This document shows, piece by piece, positions 54,901 through 64,000 of a stretch of DNA of 64,000 bases. Position numbers and translations under genes: made by a program. The notes beneath the pieces were generated by a model. It had not been told where the DNA came from. It ran no database searches and worked only from the letters and a program-made list of their open reading frames with translations. The DNA is from Octopus sinensis (taxonomy: Eukaryota): positions 43,462,001-43,526,000 of the forward strand of contig NC_043003.1 of the NCBI RefSeq assembly GCF_006345805.1, given 5' to 3'. Within the stretch, counting starts at the first letter, position 1. Each line of letters opens with the position of its first letter.

Positions 54901-55260
54901 ACTTCCTTCAATGTATTTCTGTCTCCAGTTTAAGTAGGTGTGCATAGTATTATATTTATTTGTGGGGAAATATATGGCATGGTAGAAGGCCGTAAGAACT
55001 TCTTTGTTATCTCATTAGACTATTTTTCATTCTTTTTCTTTTGGATATTTGATGACGAGCACGGATAGCCATCCGTTGGAATATTCCGGCTGTGGGTTAT
55101 TTCCAGCTCCTGTGTTTTGGGAAGATTTGAACCAGTAGCTGATTTTTCGAATCCAATCTACTTTATCATTTAAGTACGTAGTCCTTTGTGTTTCGGGCGA
55201 CGACTAATCCCGTTTGTATTTTGCTTTTTATCATTCAGGCATGACGAACTTGGACGTTGA
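51930..55260 (-). mobile_element. R4/Dong family C, old, with the RT core deleted
   Basis: KWKSPGKHKIPNFW, NYRPINCL, GCKDQLLIN joined to ERIRREYY (ORF 53201..53863); DITDLNHLYYASA; DSNKLANVR near 54870-54895; RLE remnants at 52250-52760. Confidence 0.85.
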
Positions 55261-55399
55261 CATTAGAGGATGGATCTGTCTGTTTAGAGTTAATTTTTTT
55301 TAAGACAACACCGTCTATGAGATCTCTGTATGTAAACATTGCTTGTAACGTAGCTTCTTAAGGATAACAGATCTGTATTCTTCTGTATTTTTTTTTCTT

Positions 55400-55900
55400 T
55401 GTTTTGATAAATTTATACGCCGGCATAGATTTTGTGGTGTTTCTAAACTTATGAATTATTCACACATTATTAGTTCGAAATATTAGGAAAATAGTTTGTT
55501 TTTTGTTTGTTTTTCTTTGTTATTGCTTTGTTTGTGACATCTGTTTTCATATGCGTGAAGGTGTGTCCTGTAAATTTCACGTAGTTATGTAAACTTGAGA
55601 TATATGTGTAGTCCTATGGGTATCAGAATGTATATATGATTGTGTAGACATTCGAGGCCATGCCTAATTACTCAATTTATGTACTTACAGTTTTGTTCCA
55701 TTTATATTTTATAATTTATAAAGTTTCCGGTGTTGATTTCGCATGTGTGTTTTGCACAGATTTCACTGAGACATAGCGCTTAGGAGAAACTCTGCTTTGT
55801 ATGGCGGCAAACATTCGTTTTTGTGATTATTTTCGTTAAATGACTGCTTCCTTCAAGTCTTTCACAGATTCCTTTATCCCATTCCATCGATGTTATTTGA
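55400..55900 (-). mobile_element. Probable Penelope-like GIY-YIG endonuclease relic
   Basis: Frameshifted motif order C..CR...LCLSE...CEI...KYI...NHIYTF...CR..KF, resembling the PLE Cys-rich linker and GIY-YIG C-terminus. Confidence 0.4.
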
Positions 55901-55987
55901 TTATATTTGTGTTTGAATGGGGAGCGCGTTGTAGCACATTCATGCTGTCATTCAGCGCGGGCTGCCTTAATTTTATTATTATTATTA

Positions 55988-56025
<38 letters not shown>

Positions 56026-56038
56026 TATTATTATTATT

Positions 56039-56151
56039 GAGTGAGCGAGCAGAGCATGCCATCAAAGTGACACTGGGGTAAAATATACGAAGCCCAGTAT
56101 ACCCATCATGACTACCCGTCTGATAAGGGTACACCAGGCACATGCATCACA
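56039..56151 (-). mobile_element. 3' fragment of the TAA-associated non-autonomous repeat
   Basis: Reverse complement of about 6066-6178. (TTA)n on both sides. Confidence 0.9.
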
Positions 56152-56153
56152 TG

Positions 56154-56233
<80 letters not shown>

Positions 56234-57039
56234 TATTATTATTATTAAAAATATTAATTACTATTATCAAAATTATTAAGAAAACAATGTTATTGAGACT
56301 TACTTTTTATTGTACTTGTTTACAGCATTTTGCGCTTTTTTTATACTCTTATGCATGCAAAGTTCACGCTTTTCCTTATTTAAATTACGAATCATAAACG
56401 TTTCGATTATATGATAACAAAACGTCTCTGTAGACTATATTTTCTATTGTTGACAATAATTAAAAATTTCTGGAGTTCGTTGCTCTACTCATAGCGACGT
56501 ATAACTGGCCGTGTGTAAACATCCGAGTGGATAAAAATAGACATACATGATCTAAAATCTGGCCCTATGCCTTGTTTGCTCTGAATGAGCGAGCGGAATC
56601 TTTAGCTTTGCAAAAATTCAAACTAAGTCTTACCTCTCACTGTTCTATGCGAATGATGTCTGGATGTTCTGGTACCATGGATTATTTTGATTGACAAAAC
56701 TGAGATGTAAACAACAGCCGCTTCGATTAGCCGTTTCGAAAGTTACTCGAGACCGACACACTTCAATAACCGTACCATAAGCACACAAAATATATACTGA
56801 CACACAGTTTTTCCAGTTTATTTTCGCTGTTAACTGGCCTCGAGACCCCTTCGAATTTACGATGTGGACACGAACTATACAACAAAAAATCCAGAGTTAC
56901 TCGTGGTCGATGAATTTTAAATAAAACTGCGCAGGTGGTCTATTAATTCAAAAATTCGATATCTACGAATTATACTTTCTGAAATTTTAATTCTAAATAC
57001 CTTCCTGACGACAGTCTTTGTAATGCTGAAAAATATTTA

Positions 57040-57213
57040 ATATTGGTCCATCAAAGATGACTTATTAATACAAAAATCCTTCCTCATTACCTCCTTCGTA
57101 ATGCCGAAAACATAAACATCGTGACTATTCGTCCAACCATTTGAGCGTGAAGAGGAAACAGGCAGAAAAACGGACAGATGGACTGAGGGACATAACGCCT
57201 ATTATAGTAAGAT
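57040..57213 (+). mobile_element. Possible non-autonomous Helitron/Helentron-type end
   Basis: CGTCCAACCATTTGAGCGTGAAGAGG...ACGGACAGATGGAC...CGCCTATTATAGTAAGAT resembles Lep1/DINE-type termini; recognised by eye only. Confidence 0.3.
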
Positions 57214-57229
57214 TATTACTATTATCATT

Positions 57230-58135
57230 ATTCCTTCGTAACACAGTGTAGGTAAAAATGCACCGGGTCTTTAGTCATCTGTCAAGTCATAACAAAAGCC
57301 TCAGACAGATAATAATTTCTTTAAGATGAGAGCTGTGACCAATAAGGTTGCTTTCTGCAAAGCATCAATCTTTCATGGGATTTCAAGGTACCTTAAGAAG
57401 TCTTGAAGTTTCAATGGGATTGAACAGAACGCTCCGATTACCACTGGTATCAATTTTACATTAATGTCTCGCATTCCATACACTCTTGCCAGTTCCACTT
57501 TCAATTAGGAATATTTGTTGATTTTATCAACCTCTTTACTCACAACATTCATGTCATTCGGTTCGGCTTCATCAATGATTTAACAGTAATTGTCTCTCGA
57601 ACTCAATATGACAATATCCGGCCGACGGTGTTTTTGATTACAGGATCCATTAGAAAATCATAGTACCTGAGTATCGTTACTTTCCCATCCTCCTGCATCA
57701 CTTTACTTGGTACATGCTCATACCAGATCCCTCTTACCTAGATCCCTTTTGCGGCATAAGAGCCAATGAAGATACGCACAAATTTTATCGTGGTGGCGCT
57801 TGTATTCTTTTTGTGCAATGTTCTCAGATCCACCTGCCAAATGGGTTACATTTTACACACCCTTTCCACGAAGTCCGCATTTCTTGGTGACAGAAGTTTA
57901 TAGATGTTATATTTCACCGAATTGCTAGCGAGAGCCTAGTCTTGTGCAGTAATGATGAGGCTTGCGGTGGTACGCTTCAAATCCCCTCGCTCAAGCCATA
58001 CCCAAAATGCTGTATCATCCTTAACGTCGTGTGTATTCCTTTCAAACTGTCCATGCATTCTCATTTCAAGGTTTTCGTTTCTCTTCTCCTCAGTTCTTTG
58101 GGCACATCGCAGCAGGTCTACATCGATATTTGTAT
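57230..58135 (-). mobile_element. R4/Dong family D, 3' fragment
   Basis: MHGQF...WVWLERGDLKRTTASLIITAQD, then YKRHHD, HRRPDIV, KYS.LKVELARVY, IPVVIGA; TAA-like tail at 57212-57232. Confidence 0.8.
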
Positions 58136-58591
58136 TCGTCTTTCCATATATATATATATATGGAAAGACGGATATAAATCGCAAAATGATAGCTAAGAAA
58201 CAAGCTTATGTATTTTCAATGTCTTTTTCTTGTTTTGCTTTTTGTATTAACTACTGAGGAGTTCAAGTATGACTATTATCATTTTCAATTTATGAATGTT
58301 TAAGTCCATTTCTATGTGAAACAAAGACTACATTCCATTTTAACATCCAATCTCCTCCATTATATAAATATGAATGAATTTGTTGAAATTTGTTTAGTAA
58401 GTTAATTCGTTTACTGATGATTTCAATACAAGCTTTCATACCTATACGAATTTAAATTACAATATTCGAAACTGAAGTATGAAGAAAAGGCATTAGAAAT
58501 CTCAGGAAAAAAATCCAGTTAAAGGACTAACATACATTCATCCAATAAAATATATATAAAATATATAATATATGAATATATATATATATGG

Positions 58592-58657
<66 letters not shown>

Positions 58658-58659
<2 letters not shown>

Positions 58660-59059
58660 CGCAGGAGTGGCTGTGTGGTAAGTAGCTTGCTTACCAACCA
58701 CATGGTTCTGGGTTCAGTGCCACTGCGTGGCGTCTTGGGCATGTGTCTTCTGCTATAGCCCCGGGCCGACCAATGCCTTGTGAGTGAATTTGGTAGATGG
58801 AAACTGAAAGAAGCCTGTCGTATATATGTGTATGTGTGTGTATATGTTTGTGTGTCTGTGTTTGTCCCCCTAGCATTGCTTGACAACCGATGCTGGTGTG
58901 TTTATGTCCCCGTCACGTAGCGGTTCGGCAAAAGAGACCGATAGAATAAGTACTGGGCTTACAAAGAATAAGTCCCGGGGTCGATTTGCTCGACTAAAGG
59001 CGGTGCTCCAGCATGGCCGCAGTCAAGTGACTGAAACAAGTAAATGAGTAAAAGAGAGT
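58658..59059 (+). mobile_element. tRNA-derived SINE with internal microsatellite (best-preserved copy)
   Basis: GGCGCAGGAGTGGCTGTGTGGTAAG (A box)...GGTTCAGTGCC (B-box-like)...CTTGGGCA...; tail AGTAAA(A/T)GAG. Confidence 0.9.
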
Positions 59060-59829
59060 ATAGCAGGCGATTTTTACAGTTTTTACGAAAATATATTTTC
59101 GGGAGCAAATGCTTATTTACTTGAACTCTATCCCTAAGCTATTATACTGATACAGTGTGCATGTGTTTAAATAATTCGAAATCTGTGTATCTGCAAATGC
59201 TTTTGTTTTTCCACATAATCATGGCAAATCGAGAGAGCAGCTTATTTTCTCAATTGGTTTATATTGATTATGCAAAGGAATATGTCTCTTCTAAAACTCT
59301 GTCTAATCTCATTTAGAGGCGGTTGTTCATACCTTATAGATACGTCTACCGTTACGACTGGCATAATGTATTGTAATGTAAGTTTTTGTTTTTAAATATG
59401 ACAATACCTGAGCTTTATTGATTTAAAGAAAATCCTTTATTTATGGCAGCTGTTTTACGGTTCAAATATATGCCATCTCTCAATTTGAGATTTTGAAGAA
59501 AAAAGATTAAGCAACAATAAAAACTACTCAAACGAGGTCATCAGTAGTTGCAGTCTTATAAACATATGTATGGCAGTTACAAACAATATTGTGAATACTA
59601 ATTTGCTCAAATAACATTTCCAACAAAAGAAATATGAATATGACAGACGACAACTTGAGTAACAAATTCCATATCGTTTGCCTACCTAGTGGACGACTGG
59701 GAGGTCCAGAACAAAAAATTCTATAAAATAAGAAACAGTTTAAGTGTGATTGAGGAAGGAGTAGGAATCTTTGCTCAGAGAATTCGCCGAACATAAAAAA
59801 AAAATCTTAAAACTTTATTTCCTTAGAAA

Positions 59830-62800
59830 TGATATGGTTTCATATGCTCCCGTGGTGGATGGGGAATTTTAAAACAGTTCATCCGATGAATGGCAATCTT
59901 GTGTAACCAAGATTAAAGTACATACAATCCATTGCTGATACTAGAAAAGAAAACATTTTGGCACTTAGCACCTGTAGGCTATACGAATAACCAATGAGTT
60001 TACCTGCGGTGAATTGCAGTTGCTATCCTCAGAACACCCAGTATCGACGTAGATGGTGACAATGAAGTCTCCAAGTGAGTACAGTAAGATAAATGATGCA
60101 ATAAACTTAGCTTATAAATCTAATATATATTCATTTTAAATCTTTACCGAAATTTTTAATATCGTATGTAACTTTTCTATTAGTTTGGTCTAATAGGAAA
60201 GTATATAAAAAATTGAATATACCTTCTATATTCATCGTTCAAATTTAATTTTGGCCTACATGGTACTAAATGTATCCGAGAGCGAAACAGGCACAGCAAT
60301 AATATATTCGAGCTTTCTAGCCAGAAAATTTCAACGATAAAACAGCAAATAATAAGCGCCGACAGCCACATAAACCGTTGTTAAGAATAGGGTGAAGAGC
60401 ACGGCTGTCGCTGCTAAAAAAGGACAAGCCCTCTCCTCCAAAAACTGCATCGAAATAAAAGATGTTACACTTTCATAATTAGTATCTACGTCTAGTGATA
60501 ACGGTCACCCAGTATTCATGGAAAAATACTCTTCACATCAGGATTAGCTTAGCATCTCACATTAACCCGCACACGATAATTTCGGAAACGTGGTAAGTGA
60601 TTGGAATCTCAGACATGTTGGCAAAAAACGAATGCTAATATGCAATGAGAACAACTGAAGTGAAGTGATTAATACTGTCAAAATGTCCCTCAGAAATAAT
60701 TCTATCCATTACCACAATTACCTGCAAATGAAATTGAGAAAGCGAAAATAGCGAAAAATGTGTTAGAACGGGACATGATTCAATGTGTAGTTATCAAATT
60801 TTAAAAAGTGAGATTGGATATTTACATATCTTCAATTTACCAATGAATGAACAATGTGTTATCCGTGATTTTTTAGTGAATTGTTGGCGAACTAACTCCA
60901 CGAAACAATGAATATTTTTCGAAGCCTAAGAGAAAGGAAAATGTAGATAAGTAGATTTTCATTTTTCTGTCGTAACAATTGTAAGAGTTGATATTTGAAA
61001 GGCTGTGACCCGATACGTTAAACCAGTTTCATTTATCCAAACTGCGTGATACAGATATGATTGTTATATCAAGTAGCAACAGGAAATCAGTTGCACGCCT
61101 TTGAATCCGCTATTAGATACGTCTTTTAAGTTGTCCTGGATCTTCAGAGAAATTGAGCTGTTTGAGAAATACCTAAGTGGTGAAGGAAGGACTACCTGGT
61201 AGCAACGTCTTGGACAAGTGGTTATCGGTGAAGATGGAGCAGTTAGACTGGTGGGTCTCTGTATTCAAACAGATGCGTGGAGTTAAACAGATGTACAATT
61301 GATGAATAAAATATCTCAGAAAACTTTCTAGGGAAACCAATCTACCGAGATGCAGGTGCCTATTTTTTATGGAGAAGATGTCGTACTTAATCTTTATAAA
61401 TAAGGGACTCGGAGATTGGAAATAGGAAGGAAATAATCTGTCCTACAACCAGACAATGGATCTGATAGGTTGCAAGATAGTGATCTCCATTAAAGGCGCA
61501 AATGGTCCAGGTAGAATGACACGTTGATGTGAACGATGGATTAGTCTAACTATTCAAGAACTCAAGATGTACACAATCAGACGCCATGCAATGCATCTCG
61601 TCCAACGCTTTCCATCTTAATCCTGTTATATGTCAACCTGAAAAAGTAAAAGACCAAATTTTGACCTGACTGGGATACGAACTCAAATCGCAGAGACGTT
61701 CTATCTTATGACTCAATCAGCCCACCATATTACTAACTTTGATAGTAGTTACCTAGAGAGTGATCTATATACACTCACTAAACCCTAAATCGAAAGAAAA
61801 CTGATAATATTTGAAAAGTAACATAATACAATTAGTATATTCTTTACTTCATTCTTCAGGATTCTTATTAGAAAATGTTACCACGCAATTTGGTAAAGTA
61901 CTCAAACTATGTGAATATTGAAATCATTCCTCTATTTTCTCAGTTTAGTGTTTTCTCCGACGCTTAAGTTTATTTATTTATTTACGCATTTATTTCTACA
62001 GAAACGATAATTTTTCAAAGCATCAAATGAAAACACCTGCCGTTTAGTAGTTCATTTCTGAGTTTAAAAGATAAGTTTATGTAATTTTCGCTGATAATAT
62101 TTACCAAATTGTCTACAGCAATAATACGATGAGCCAAATTGTTTATGGCTTATTTAAAACGTATAGAAGTTACAATGGAATACTTGTTCAATAAATTACT
62201 GTCTTAGAAACCAACAACGTTCCATGATGTTGCTAGAATTTCTGAAAGTCTACATAAATTTGTTGAAGACACATAAACAAAAATTTATTATAGCTCGAAT
62301 GTCATTATCAAATTACGTCTTCTGTCAGTAAATTCATGATATCCTTAAAACTCTATATGCAGAAGATAATTTTCTACTGTAACGTATATGCACAAGAGAA
62401 GTAAACATTAAAATATGGAAAATAGATAGTCAGTGTTATGCAATGGTCAAAGCCACAGGAAACAATGTAATGGATTCATTCTCTCTGTCAGATAAAATTT
62501 CTTCAAATTTCAATGAATGTAGGTTGTTTTCAAACGGAAGTGTGACATCACAACTAATCTCAGTAATGTTTGTATTAATTTCTATTCCATGTTCTATCTT
62601 AATTTTGTGTGGTAAAACAAAATCTGACGTGAATTTTGAAAGCTTTATTATTTTTTCTTTTAAATCAGATCATGTATGAGTCCTTTATCTATTTTTATTT
62701 TTATTTTTCAGAGAATGAAATATTTCTTGAATGCTTTCTTTTTCATTCGATGTTCTATAAAATTGTCAGAATGAAATTACCTTGATTTAACATTTTAATT

Positions 62801-62900
62801 AACTCTGGCAATGAGAAAGCCTTATTTTAGAATTTTGTTTCAAGTAGAAATATAGTTGAATAGATTTGAGTGACACAATATAATTTGTAATGTATTGGGA
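59830..62900 (-). pseudogene. Decayed LRR-containing GPCR (GRL101/LGR-like), copy 3, with an insertion at ~61050-61740
   Basis: LRR-like SDNFIEH...KAF, NTNITEI, NNLHSL, SFKDIMNLLT.D.FDNDIRAI; then IFAFSISFAGN (TM1, ~60750-60717), VITRRRY (DRY-like, ~60505-60485), WLSALIICC (TM4, ORF 60180..60371), SILGVL and QWIVCTLI (TM6/TM7-like). Confidence 0.55.
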
Positions 62901-63369
62901 TTGCAAGGCCTATGTAGTGACTATAAGGGGTTAGTTATGTGTTGAGAGCATGAAATATAAAATTGTTTCATCGGTTTCAGATGTAATTACATTTCCGGAT
63001 TTTGAAATTTGCTACATTGTATTGTAAACGTTTCCTTTATTACGACTTAGATACAATGATGATGTGCAATGCCGATGAAAGCTTCCAGAAATTTGGAAAT
63101 AGGAGTAGGGAGTGGAGTAGAAACATCAGACTAGGAACTTGTTTTGAATGTTCACGATATAATGGACTCTCTAAGCACGCTGGAGAATATTTTAGTGAGA
63201 ATAAAGTGAGTGACGAGATAAGTCTACTACACAAGAACAGGATTCTATTTGCCACACTTAAACAACAGAGCTTCGACTGATCAAATTGTAAACACAACGC
63301 TCCACCCAGAGAACAGAGATGGTTCTACTTAGGTTAGAAATTTGAAAGCCAGAGAGGTTAATGGCCCTA

Positions 63370-63543
63370 TCAGCAGTAGCAACAGTAGCATCAGCACTAG
63401 CAGTAGCAGTTGTAGTAGTAGTTGTAGTAGTAGTAGTATAATAGTAGTAGTAGTAACAGCAGCAAGAGTAGTAGAAGTAGTAGTAGTAACAGCAGGAGTA
63501 GAATTAGTAGTAGTAGGAGGAGGAGGCTGAGGAGTAGTAGTAA

Positions 63544-63575
<32 letters not shown>
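63370..63575. repeat. (TAG/CAG/GAG)n compound triplet repeat
   Basis: Seen directly. Confidence 0.9.
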
Positions 63576-63576
<1 letters not shown>

Positions 63577-63835
63577 AGTGCAGTGTAGCTTAGCATAACG
63601 TAGTTTTTGATTAAGTAGCCCTATAATCAAAACTGTACCTGCTATTACCCTATCGTCGTTTTGCATGTAGGGCAATACGTAAGATCTTCGTTTTATAAGA
63701 TTATACGAGTTGGCTTCCGGCAGAATAGGCTACTATTTCTACCTTATCGAGTCAAATAACCGTCTAGCATCCACTCGTAGGCTGCGGTAAACTTCACTTC
63801 TGATAGATAGAGGTCAAGTTGGATTGAATATTCTT

Positions 63836-63848
63836 TAACTAACTAACC

Positions 63849-63920
<72 letters not shown>

Positions 63921-63928
63921 GACTAACT
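63836..63928. repeat. (AACT)n tetranucleotide repeat
   Basis: Seen directly. Confidence 0.97.
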
Positions 63929-64000
63929 CTACTAAATAAATGAATAAGTAATGATTTACAGGATCAATCATCATAGTTATACTTCTTCATATGGTAAATT

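Noticed and set aside
57003-57035. CTGACGA...GAAA hammerhead candidate (also CTGATGA at ~58414 and ~11923-11930 minus)
   Set aside because: No convincing stem II/III or stem I pairing.
63836-63928. Telomere-like array
   Set aside because: The unit is AACT/TTAG, not TTAGGG or TTAGG; it is an ordinary tetranucleotide microsatellite.

Overview
AT-rich, microsatellite-saturated eukaryotic DNA, very probably from an octopus (inferred from the SINE families and the TA/TAA/CA repeat density). I find no intact host gene; most short ORFs in the track are microsatellite read-throughs. The window is dominated by retroelements: several distinct R4/Dong-clade (RT + CCHC + restriction-like endonuclease) non-LTR lineages, mostly embedded in (TAA)n, a CR1-group RT fragment, an RTE 3' fragment, an L1/Tx1-like relic, three tRNA-derived SINE families, two mariner relics and a probable Penelope GIY-YIG relic. 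Less obvious signals: (1) a ~555-bp non-coding element without a tRNA head, present in 4 copies, each associated with (TAA)n, one of them with a different 3' end; this may be a Dong-dependent non-autonomous partner; (2) three short microsatellite-associated elements carrying a variant minimal hammerhead-ribozyme motif; (3) three, possibly four, heavily decayed LRR-GPCR (GRL101/LGR-like) pseudogenes, all on the minus strand; (4) a spacer-less ~220-bp palindrome, a ~540-bp fold-back and two ~1-kb near-identical tandem duplications with breakpoints in microsatellites. All family assignments come from motifs recognised by eye; boundaries are approximate.
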